64,000 nucleotides of DNA from the human T2T-CHM13v2.0 reference genome, Homo sapiens. The notes beneath the pieces are model-generated. The model did not search any database. It was not told where the DNA came from and worked only from the letters and a program-made list of their open reading frames with translations. Location: the NCBI RefSeq assembly GCF_009914755.1, contig NC_060925.1; one strand, given 5' to 3'. Numbering within the stretch: position 1 is the first letter of the stretch; each line of letters begins with the position of its first letter. This document shows, one piece after another, positions 23,131 to 39,115 of this stretch. A program made the position numbers and the translations under genes.

Positions 23131-24189
23131 TCAACACCAGTGAGAGCTGGGTGGGCCTCGGGTAACACTCCGCAGCTTGCTAATCTCCTCCCCCACTCTC
23201 TACACCTGCCGGCAGGGTGACAGGCTCCCAGGAATCTTGGTGTCAGAAAGACATGCAGTAAAGGGCCCTGGCTCTGGTGCAGAGAGGCTATTTGGGGAGA
23301 CTCAATTAACTGTGCTTATTGTCAAAATAATTAACTGTGCTCATTGCAGCAAACCCACGAGCAGCCTGTCCCCTCACTGGCTGATGCGTTCGGTGATCTA
23401 GACAGGCCATCCAGCGTTCTCATGAAAGCATTTGCTTGTGCAATCCTAACGTTAGGTCCGGAGAGGGGCCCAACTCCAGCCAAACATCCCCACCTCCACC
23501 CTGAATTCACCAAGTTGCCTGCAAATCTTCACATCTCTGGATGAGACCGAGACCTCCCTTCAGACTGCTCCAGCCCAGCTTGCACTTGGCAAGGCATGAA
23601 CTCCTCCACACCTACATCCAGTGCTCTGTGGGATACCCCAGCACAGCACCTGCCTGTCTTTGCTGCAGCCTGTTTGAACTATTGCTTGGAGCAGCAAAAA
23701 GGAGAGCACAGGCCACTTGACTCGTGGCCCTCTTTCCTGGTAGTGACGCTTATGCTCAATTATAAGTGACTCTGTTGAGTTGGCAGACCAGAGGCCATGG
23801 AGGAAAGTCCTGGAAGATTTATTGACTCCTCTACTGATATTCAACAGGAGATCCCTAATGGAGAATGCTGGTGGTAAGATGATTTCAGGTTCTTGGGCCA
23901 TTGGACACAGCCACAGAGACTGTTGGCCATGGCCTCCATTGAACCCCCTAAGGACCCTTCTCTGAATGGTGGCCTCTACATAAGCCCCTGTGCTCAATGG
24001 ATTTGTAAACTGAGTCTGCTCCCTGCTATGCTTGCATTCTGTCTCACTTAAACCCCAGACATTTCTTCCTCTATTATGTATGGAACAGCCTTTCATGTTT
24101 GTGATTAAGAGAGTGGAGGGCATATTACATTTACCAAACAGTGCTCATCTTGGAACTGCTTCCATAAAAACTTTGCCTGGAAGTTCACT

Positions 24190-24870
24190 TATTCATTCAA
24201 CAGGAATTTATTGAGCACCTACTATATGCCAGGCGCAGTTCTAAATCCTATACCAAAGTCCCTGCCCTAGTGGAGCTTATATTCTAGAAGGTAGAGTCAG
24301 AAAATGAACATGTAAACAAATATTATATTTAGGTAGTGATAAAAACAATGAATAAAATTTAAAAAAAAAGAGCCATGGGATAGAAGGATAAGAGGAGTGG
24401 CTACTTTAATTAGAGCAGAAGTTCCTAACCTTAGTGGTACATTAGAATCATTTGAGGGTGTTTAGAATTCCCAGTATGTGGACTGCACAAAGACTAATTA
24501 AACCAGAGTGTTCAGGGAAAGGATTCAGACACTGGGATGTTTTAAAAGCTCCCCTGGTGTTTCCAGCGTGCAACCAAGGCTGAGAATCACTGTACTGGAG
24601 TAACAAATGCTGAGGAATGTCCAGGAGAGGAGGCCTTTAGCAGGGAAACAGCAAGTGCCAGGGCCCTGAGATGGGCCTGACCTCAGCCTGTTGGAGGGAG
24701 GGAAGGAACGGCAGTGGCAGGGGCTAAGGCTGGGCAGAGCCATGATTTGGTTCTTCCACATTTGGATGCAGAGTGGGGACCATTGGGGGCGTTTCAGCTG
24801 GGGAGAGACGTGACCTATACTAGGCTTTGAGATTAGGCTGATTCTCCTTTTCTGTACATGAACTGTGAAA
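24190..24870. mobile_element. L2 fragment interrupted by a MER5A-like element (about 24416-24592)
   Basis: ATTCATTCAACAGGAATTTATTGAGCACCTACTATATGCCAGGC (L2 end). CATTAGAATCA...AAGCTCCCCTGGTG...GGCTGAGAATCACTG (MER5). Confidence 0.7.
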
Positions 24871-24896
24871 GCACATGATCCCGTGTCAGATGTTAG

Positions 24897-25256
<360 letters not shown>

Positions 25257-26048
25257 CAGTTCATCATTTCTGATGTTTCCCCTTGTTGGCGTCTAATGTC
25301 TTCCCTTCTGGTGTGACTCAAATTAGCAGGGATTCTGAGCTCTCTGGGCAGCCTTCAGGGTTTGGGCTTCCACAGCATCCTGTGCTTCCTCACCTAACAA
25401 AACTTATCTCAGCACATCAGCATTTCATCTTTATTTCTGTTATCTGTGAGCTAAAGGCAGAGACCTTTATTTATTTGACTTTTTAATCTCCACGACCGAG
25501 CACACTGTTGGCATTTAATAAATGTTTGTTGAATGACTGATTTAGAAAATATTCTAAATCAAACATTCAATTCTATAGAATATATGAGGTTTTGTTCATG
25601 TTCTAAGCCAATAGTCTAGTTGTTTTTCTTCATCCCCAAACACTTGGGTTTGGCTTGCAGGAAGTTAAAGGAAGAAAAAAATTAAATGGATGAAATTTGA
25701 AGTTCCACGAATTAACAGAATTTGTACTAGTTTCAGTTTTATGGTTCAGGTTAAATGTCTTCCTCTAAGGGCCCGTATACCCCCAAAACTCCCAGAAGCC
25801 ACCTGGAGTCCTGGCCCTGGGGAAGACCAAAGCCAAGACATATTAAAAGCAGAGGTTCCAACAGACCACCACAGCTGGCAAGAAGCCAAACGCATGCAAA
25901 CCCGAGATGGAGTTTTAAAGGGCCATTGAAATTAATTCCCTTGAAGAGGAATGAAAACCAGATGCCTCCCCCTAGGAAAAGAGAGTGCAAAGGACAATAG
26001 CAGGAGAGGTAGCAAGAAAGGCAGTCTGAGCTTCACAAGCGATGCTTA

Positions 26049-26177
<129 letters not shown>

Positions 26178-26862
26178 TCACAGGTTAGAATGATCTTGGG
26201 GATGCATGGGAATGTAGCAAAACCAGGATATTGCTTTGAGGGGACAAGGGTTGCAGGTGTGTGGAGAGGTACGGAGGGACAGGGAACCAGATCATGTAAA
26301 TCAATGTTTTGGGGACCTCTTGGAGGAGCCTTGCTTTCTGCTCAATGTTGGGAGAACTGTCTCTGTTAACAATGCCCCTCTAAGTGTGGATGAAGAACCA
26401 TGTGGCGTAGGTGCCATTGTTGTCCCTGTCTTACAGCTGGGAAATCTGAGGCCCAGACTTGCTCAGTGAATGGGAGTGTAGGAGCAGAACGTAGGCCTCT
26501 GGACTCATGGTCTAGCACCCACTTCTGCTCAAGGGCACCTCAGTGGTCCTTCCTGGCTCACAAGTGCATACTGACACTAGGGTTGTGGGGGTGGTGATGA
26601 CACCGTGCTCACAGTAGATACACGAGCAAGGACACAGATCTTGCAATGTGCTCAACAGGACAGGAGGCGGCTCCCAACGGGGAAGGCTAGAACTAGCACT
26701 GAAACAATGAGAAAGCAGTCAAATTGTGATTTGTGGCAGGAAGCAGACTCGCATGCTGCCCTGCAAAGCAAAACGTGGTTCCACTTTACCCGACAGTGAA
26801 GAGGGTTTGATCTGTTACAACAGGAAGTGCTGCTCAGCCGAAGGGCCCATTTCCATATGTGA

Positions 26863-27675
<813 letters not shown>

Positions 27676-27677
27676 TA

Positions 27678-29678
<2,001 letters not shown>

Positions 29679-30386
29679 TTAAAAAAAAAAAGCACAAATT
29701 TAATTAAGCATTACAGGGCGATGAGGCCTAATATCTCTGATTTTAACTTAACGCTGTCACTTGAGACTTCTTCTAAATGTTCTAGCCTCGAAATTATGCT
29801 GAGATGCTCAGTCTTTTTGGCTGTATTGGGAAATCATCTTATTAAATCAATGTGTACTTAGCCAATGTCTGCAAGGAAACAGGGAGAGGGAATGGTTTCC
29901 AATTTGCAGTATGTCATCTGGGTTTCTACTGGGGAATCTGCCTGCAGAATGGCAAAACCAAATGGTCTTGTACTGCTTTTCTGGGTTTGAATCACATAAT
30001 TGCTGCACTGAAGTAGCCAGGAATTTGCCAAATCAGGGTACTAATTGGCAATTACGGATATGGAAGGGTTTAAAGGATAAGATACACAAGTGGCTCAACA
30101 GTAAAAAAGAAATCTGCAAAAACAACCCTAACTTGCATGACTCAAATTGGTAGAAGTAAATCTTGCTAAAGCCGGAGGTATCAATGAGTTATGCCGTTTA
30201 CATTATTTAAGCTTGTGCAGATGCCTGCGCCTCAGGTATGCACAGATCAGAGAGAGCTGGAACAAGTAATCATCCATGGCCTACGCTCTTTGCATGTGAA
30301 AACTGCCTAGTGCTTAACAAACACGAAATTCACTTTCATAAACCCATGCCAAGTAAGGAAATACCTACTTTGGCCAGTAACTCAAT

Positions 30387-30522
30387 GAAGAAAGAAAGAG
30401 AGAAAGAGAGAGAGAGGGAGGGAGGGAGGGAGGAAGGAAGGGAGGAAGGAAGGAAGGGGAAGGGGAAGGGGAAGGGAAGGGAAAGGAAAGGAAGGGAAGG
30501 AAGGAAGAGAGAAAGAAAGAAA
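30387..30522. repeat. Pure polypurine tract (GA / GGGA / GGAA / GGGGAA units)
   Basis: About 135 nt without a pyrimidine on the plus strand. Confidence 0.92.
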
Positions 30523-31005
30523 TAGCATTTTTCACACACTAGATAAAAGGTGGTAAAAGGGCCAATTAATGTCAAAAGGGACATTGGTATCCATCCTCCA
30601 AGAAGAATGGGACTTGACTTTCCAGGGCAACCCATACCCTGGGGGGCCATCATGATGAGGAAGTTCTCCATTACACCAAGGTTCCAGGATCTCCTTGCAG
30701 CATCCACCTGTTGACTCCAACAGAGGACACTGGAAACAAGCCAGTCCTTCGACTATCTGCATCCATAGGGGCCTGTTGCCAAGCAACCTCTTCTTCAGGT
30801 TAAATAGTCTTTGTTTCTTCAATATTCCTCATGTGACGCCCCTAATTACCTCTGTGACATTATGCTAAACAGGCTCTGAAAATATTGAGCTCAGGAGAGA
30901 ACGTTAATGGAGAGTACAGAGGTTCAGAATACAGATTCTGGAGCCTGGTCTAGATCTCTGCTGTGTGACCTTGGGGAAGTTACTTAGCCTTCCTATGTCT
31001 CATCA

Positions 31006-31378
<373 letters not shown>

Positions 31379-31936
31379 TTAATAATAAAGTATTTTGGAC
31401 AATGCCTCACACATGATAAACATTCAGTTTATCTTTGTGGAATCCCAAAATATAGACAATGGAAGCCCCATAATGGAAAGTGACTTATATGACTCACTGC
31501 TGGTCTCCACAAACATGTTGTGACTGGTTGATTGCTTGGTTTTAAGGGTAGTAGGCCCTAGGTTAAAATTACAAAATAGCTGTGATTCAATTCACTTACC
31601 TCAACCACCCATTTATTGAGCACCTATGTGCTAAGCTAGACCCTAAGGACACCAAGATGAATCAGGTTCAGCCTCTGCCTTCAAAGGATTTATGATGAGG
31701 CAGGAGAGACACAAACACATACAATGCAGTGAGATAGGGAGAGTAACAGATGCATGCTTATAGTACAGGCTTCTTCCCTGACTTATTTTTCTAGTTTCTG
31801 CAGAATTATTTTTTTTGGACTTGGAAAACAATTTTTCCTAGGTAGGAGAGGGATGAGTTTACACAAAAGTGACATAAGACTGGGTGATAAATGAACAAAT
31901 AGGGACTTGCCAGGAGAACAAAAGAGTAAAAGACAT

Positions 31937-32470
31937 TGTAGCAATTTATCTTCAAGATGACCACCACCAATTCCTACCCCCTTTGGACAAGCAAGCTTAT
32001 TTTATAGTTAAAGGTGGAGTCTACAATTCCAGGCCTTTGAATCCGGGCTGGCCTGCAACTGCTTTAACCAAAAGAATATGGCAGATGCTGAGAGATCTTG
32101 AAGGCTAGGTCATAAGAAGCCCCATAGCTTCCACCTGGGTCTCTTACAATGCACACTTATTGGGAAGCCAGCTGCCATGTAATAAGTCCACCTTTCCTGA
32201 GACTGCCATGTTGTGAGGAAGCCCAAACAGCCCCACAGAAAGGTCAAGTGGAGGGAGGGAAGGAAATGCCCAGTCAGCCCCAAGCAGTTCCAGTCATCCT
32301 AGCCCAGATGCCATGCATGAGTAAAAAAGTCTTCAGCCTTCATCTGACTTTAACTACAGGAGGGACCCCAAGTGAGAATCACTGAACTGAGCCTGTATTA
32401 ATAATAAATTATTGTATTAAGCCACCAAGTTTTGGGATGGCTTGTTATGCAGCAATAGATAGCCAAGACA
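31937..32470 (+). mobile_element. MaLR solo LTR (MLT1 family)
   Basis: TG...CA ends; 3' signature AATAAATTATTGTATTAAGCCACCAAGTTTTGGGATGGCTTGTTATGCAGCAATAGATAG. Confidence 0.8.
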
Positions 32471-32884
32471 GAAAATCTAGATCTCCACAGAGAATGTGCA
32501 AAGGGATGGAGGGTGAAATCACACAGTATTTCAAAGTTCTATAAATGCAGCTGATATGGCCAGTACTTAAAACATGGTAGAGAAAGATAAAATTGGAAAG
32601 GACAGCAACAGCCAGATCATGGAGCAACTTGTATGCACGCGAACAAGCTTTGACTTTACGCTCTAGGTCATGGGAGTCACTGAAGGGTTTTAAACAAGGG
32701 AGTGACTTGGTTGAATGTGATTTCAAAAAGAGCATCTTGCCAAGGATTAACAGAAAGGCAAACCAGAGGCCCCAAGATCAGCTGGGAGGCTGCTGACATG
32801 GTTAAGGTGAGAGGAGCTCAAGGTAATGGAGGGAAAGGGATGGGTTTAAAAAAGTTGCAAATGGTGGCATTTCCTGGGGCACAT

Positions 32885-33221
<337 letters not shown>

Positions 33222-33702
33222 TAACCAACTTGCTCCCCCACCTTCCCATCCCCTCGCAAAGAAACACACTGGCAATTTTAGTAAATGAGAGCAATATCTT
33301 GTATTTCTCTCCATTAGTTTTCCAAGTTGCACTGGCTGTACTCTTAGACCTACTGGTCTGCTCAACAGCCCCACAGATTATAAGGACAGGCCAAACAGAG
33401 AAGAGATATTTATCTAAAGTTAAGTAGAGAGCAGATTTATGACCTAGAAGGCAAAGAGCTCTCCTAAAGGAGAGGCTGCATTATTTATCTGCTTATTGCC
33501 TCAATTCACTAGAAATGCACCGATTTGCCCAACGGCCTCTGGGCGCAGGTCCAGAGCACAAATACAATCATAGCATAAAATAAGAAACAGCAGATTCAAA
33601 GGCAGAATCCTCCACAAGGGAGAGGAGGGCAAGTGAGGCTGAGCAGCTACCAAGGATGACAGGTTTAATAGCAGGTTTAATAGGTGCTTTCCTAAGCTAG
33701 CG

Positions 33703-33704
<2 letters not shown>

Positions 33705-33742
<38 letters not shown>
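33705..33742. repeat. (CA)19 microsatellite
   Basis: Direct count. Confidence 0.97.
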
Positions 33743-33744
<2 letters not shown>

Positions 33745-35302
33745 GATCCATCATGCTGCCTTGCCTGCCACCTGCCATTTTGCATTCCTTCTCTTTCTCC
33801 CAGCACAAGAGGAATGCTGGGCTTTGATGAGGGAGTTTGAGCTGATAAGCTGAGAGACTACCCTCACATGCGGCTCTGCTCCTATTCATTCTACCTGGTG
33901 ACAGGTATGCGGGAGCTCAGAATTCCAGGCACTGGGCCAGGGTGAGAATCAGTTAGGAAGACCTGACTCTGTTCAAAATGAAATTCAGATCAAATAAACC
34001 AACACATGGCCAACCTGGCTGGATTTGAATCCTGGCTGTCATCTCCCACTTGTGTGATTCTGGGGCAATTATTTCATTTCCCTCTGCCTCGATTTCTCCA
34101 TTTGTAAAGTGGAGATAATAATGCCTAACTTACAGAATTGTTGTCATTATTAGCACGAATGCACTAGAGAACACAGCCCAGAGTAGGCGCTCAGTGAAGG
34201 ACCCTAACAGCAAGGATGGGCTGGTTCTGAATGCGGCAGGCGAGGATTCACTGAGCATGTGCTGTCTCCCTACAGCTCAAGAGTGAATGAGAGTCCAAGA
34301 AAATAATTCTGGAGAAAGTGGGAAAGTGAGTCTGGGGAGAAGAAAAAAGAAAGCTAGAGGAGGCTCAGAGCTACCTGGAATTCCCTACGGAGTCTTGCTT
34401 AAGAGAACAACAGATCACTAGATCCTTGTATAGGACCTACAAACACAGTCAGCTTCAGAGTTACACACAGACAAGAGAAAAGGGGACTTCAAGGGGACAA
34501 GGTAAGGAGGGAGAACCACAGTAATTATCTGAAGGGACAAGTGAAGTAAAGCAGGTGAGCGAACCAACCAGAGGCATTTAGAGTGTGAAAGAGAAATTCA
34601 AAAGCCTATATTCAGTCTCTGAAGTAAATGGGGAAAAACAGAAACTAGAGAGAAAGTGGCTGAAAATAAAGCCAGAAAGAAGGGGAGTAAAATGAAACTC
34701 TTCCAAAGGCCAAGACAGGGAGGGAAGCCTTCCCCTCTGGGAAGGCTTGTCCCTGTTCTGGGAGGCCCATGGCTGAAAGGAGGGAGCCTTTCTTGGGCTC
34801 ATATGGGCAATCACATGGACAGCAGACCTCCCCAGTGTGCTGAGAAGGGACTGAGAGGCAGCTGGGCTAACAGGCCCCCGGAGCTTTGAGGGAATGAGTG
34901 GGTGTTCTGTGGGACCACTGCCAGGGATGCACTGAAAAGGCAGCTCTCTGGGGAGAAAGGCAACTCTTGAAATAAATGGGAACTGCATTTGGAAGAAGAG
35001 GCAGGGCGGGAACTAATGTCAGGTCCCTAAGTCCCGTGCCCGTGAAGGGCCATGTGATTCAAGGGGAATTAGAGGCTCTCTTTTTCCTGATATATGGTGA
35101 TCTAGAAAAAAACATTTCATTAGAAGTCAGGAGATTGGGGTCTAGACTGTGGCCTTCTGCAAGTTTCCTGGGGACAGGAAGAGGGGAACATGCAGACATT
35201 CATTATGCTAGGTAGTTGTTACTCAACAACTTTCCATGCATTACGTAATTTAGTTCTTTACCAACCCTATGAAATAGTATTAATACCTGTTTATAGAAAA
35301 GG

Positions 35303-35784
35303 TGTTGTCAACTGTTTGCAAAGATAGCCACAATAATATCTGACCCTTGGGGTACTCCTCTACCACGCTGACACTGGATGATGGCCTTATGACTTGTGTC
35401 GGCCAGTGGGTCAACAGCAATATGACATATGCAGAGACTGGAACATTATCTGCACATTGGAGTCAGTCTGTTCTTGTGTTGTGCTTGAACTCTTCTGTCA
35501 CCATGTGAACAAGCCCTAGCCAACCTCCTGGATGACGAGAGACACGTGGCCAAGTCATTACTGATACCCCAGATATGTGAGTGTGGCCATTCTAAGCCAT
35601 CCAGCTCCCAGCCAAGTCACCCAGAAGCCCATGGACATGTGAATGAACCCAGAAAAGATCATCCATGCCAGCCCAAACCAGAATAATGGCCCTGCTAACA
35701 CACAGAATCTTTTGAGAAATAATTAACATCTTTAAGTGACTAAATTGTTGGGCTGTTTGTTACACAGCAAAGCTAACTGATACA
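35303..35784 (+). mobile_element. MaLR solo LTR (MLT1 family)
   Basis: 3' signature TTTAAGTGACTAAATTGTTGGGCTGTTTGTTACACAGCAAAGCTAACTGATACA. Confidence 0.75.
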
Positions 35785-36046
35785 TGTGAGGATTGAGGAT
35801 CAAAGACATTAAATGACTTGTAGAATCACTTAGGTATAAATGGAGGCTTACCATATTGTGCCTCTTTCCTAGGCTAGGGCTGGAGATACACAAAATCTGA
35901 AATACATGCTTGAGCCTACCAGCACTGCCTGTTTGAGGGATATCTCCTGCAGGCCTTTCCTAGGCTATTTCCAGGATTTGTGGCAACAATTCTTTCCCAG
36001 CCCAAGTGCTTATCTTAAACCAGGCCCTACAAAGCAGCTTGCCTAC

Positions 36047-36062
36047 CATCTGTCTTCTCCAT
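36047..36062 (-). CDS. KANK4: KANK4 first coding segment (MEKTD + 1 nt) within the 86-nt exon 36047-36132
   Basis: Minus strand: acceptor tcctcctttctttcag|AA at 36132, 70-nt 5'UTR, caaagATGG (A at -3, G at +4), donor GATG|gtaggc. Phase 1 joins G|CC of the next exon. Confidence 0.93.
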
Positions 36063-38859
36063 CTTTGGAGCGCTGACCCTCAGTGTCTCAGGCACTCTTC
36101 ATCCAATGAGTCTGTAAAACTTGTTGAAGGTTCTGAAAGAAAGGAGGATACAGAAGTGGTGAGTCTCATTAGCGTTTGAATAAGTATTGGGGAAACACAG
36201 CACTAAACAAAGTAACATCCATCCCTGCCTTTCTCCCAGGGTGCCCATGAGCTCACAGCCCTCCAAGGAGGAAGATTAAAAACCTGTACACATTTCTAGA
36301 GCCCAATTCTGGGTGTTTCTTCATGGAATATTAGCAATAGTTGACATGAAAAGAAGTGGAAGTATTTGGTCCAGCGGTCTTGCTTGGCAGATGAGGAAAC
36401 TGAGGCTGAGGAGTTAATTGCTCTAAGGTGTCTCAGACTATTCGTGAAGGTGCTAGTATCAGACCCAGGCTTCTGATACCAGCACAGGGCTCTTGCCATA
36501 ATCTCAAGAGTTGAAATCTACCTATCCCCATCCTGGGAAGGGACTTATAATCCACTTTGCGAAAAAGCTGGAATCAGAGTACCTATAAATGATGTGTGAC
36601 ATGTCAATCAAACAGAAGACAGAGATGACATAATTGCAAGTACTGACAGGGAGCTGCTACTTAGAGGTAATTTCTAACCATGGGCAGAACAAGGGGAAGT
36701 TCAACCTGGGTGGCCCGAAGACATGGGTAACTATTCAAGCAGAATATTGCCCTGGCTCTGAATTAGTGTGCCTTGAGGTTTGACCATAAATTCTCCCCAA
36801 AGTTTTAATCCATTTCCAGGACTCTTTCTTCAAATGGTAAACATCCTAGCTCCTGCCCCCATTACAATGAATCACCCAGGAAATTGGCTTTTTATGATTG
36901 TAACTCCACATACATCAGAATAATGAATTATCTGTGACACCGCAGCAGTGGAAGCAGGGTTGTTTTAGGAATTCCAATGTGCTTGACAATGAACTCCAGA
37001 CCAGGAAAGTGAACCAGTGATGAGGGAAGGACTGGGAGAAACTGAGAGTGAAAGAAAAGGATGATGGGTGGCCCCCAGAAACCAAGGATGGAAAAAAGGG
37101 GACAAACAAGTAACTGGAGAAGAGGGCTGGAAAAGATGAGGCCTGTCAAATAAGAGAGAAATGCCAAAGTTTGCCACCAGAAAGTTTAGCATCACTTCTT
37201 CCTGCGAGTGCTGCTTCTGCCTCATCTCCTCCAGCCCGTTTGCCAAGCAGCTGCCAGACAGGCCTTGCCCTATCCAGGTGGATGGAGCCCCAAAGGGCAG
37301 GCATGTTTTCTAGAAGCAGAGACAATCCTTGCAGAAGGATTGGCACACTGAGTACCTTGCTTACCTCTGAGGCAGCAGGCAGTGCACCAGCACATCCTGG
37401 TTTGTTGAAAACAAAGAGCTAGAGAAGTTAGAGACAAGGGAGCTGAGAGTGTAGGTGGTCTTGCAGAGGCTGAGAGTGGCCGCCAAGGAGGCAGACGGTG
37501 GAGAGGTGTGGAAGGTTCTAACCTGGGGTGAGGCAGGCTTGCCCTTGTTATAAAGAGAAGGCTCCCAGGCAGAGAACACCGCTGCCTCTCTCACCACCCC
37601 AGCTCTGCAGTCTGCAGCAGGCGATGCTGGCATGCAGGAGGCAGTGGCAGGTGAAGCCTGCAGAAGAAAAGAGTGAGGTGGCAAACCCTAAGCTTGACCC
37701 TTCATCTCCACCATCGCAGCCTCTCCTGCTCCTGCTCCCCTCTCCCTCCCACCCCTGTAACATTACTAAGCAACGGGCAGAGCTGGGAGTACTTGACATT
37801 CATGAATTATCTCATGCAATCTTTACACCATCACCCAAAGAGGATTATTATTATTCCTATTTTTAAGGGAGGGAGACTGAGGCTGAGAGAGTTGACAGGG
37901 CTGATCCATGTCACATAACAAGCAAGTGTTGTAGCAGGATGTGCCCTCAAGTCTAGCCGACTCCAAGCCTGGGTTGGGAACAAAAGTGATTTGTAAGCCT
38001 TTGTCCACCCTGTAAGTCAGCCGGGTTCCCTGACACTATGACTGATCTTTAATTCCCCCTGTGAGGGGAAATGCTTCTGACTGGTGCTTCTCTGCCTCTC
38101 CCACAGTAAACACAAAAAGCCTCTGGGCTTAGAGGAGAACTGCTCTCTTGTAAAGCCTCCTGAGCCAAAGGAGAGCTCTGCTTCTCCAAGGCTGGAGAAG
38201 CTCCTACTGCAGAGGAGGGGGCCACTTGGGTACAGCTGGACTTTTGGCTTCACAAACTCTCATCATCAGCCTAGGGACTTTTCAATCACACGCCTAGCCT
38301 TTGGTTAGAATTAGGAATTCAGCCCGTCGTATATCAGATCATATGATTTTAAAGAATTATTCAGCACACATTAGGTCAAATTTCATTAAAAAGAACTCTG
38401 TAGAGACCTCGAAGATTTCTCTTAGACTTGGATTTCTCTTAGACTTGGATTTCAGTAAAATTAATCATTTCAAGGCTACAGAAATTAAGTGGAGCTGACA
38501 CCCAACTCTCAAAGGAGGGGTTTCTCGGCAACTTTTTACTCTAAAGGGCTCATAATACAGGAAGGAAGGAAGGAGGGATCTGTCGTGTGCACAAGTCACC
38601 ACTTCCAGCCCCGACTCCCACCCCCAGCCTTCCGCACTTTCCTCCATGGTCCTAGCAACAGACATCGTGGAGCTTAGCTAAGGGAGTTTCCTTCCAGCGG
38701 GCAATGCTCAGTGTGGTTAGGTTAGGTAAAAATAACTGCCACATCAACATATGCATGCTACCTTGTTTGCAATAAAACAGAATATGAAAATAGCTTTATG
38801 GGACACAGTTCCCCTTTAAAATGGAATTTTGCAACTCTCTGGAGCATTTAAAGCTTTGA

Positions 38860-39115
<256 letters not shown>

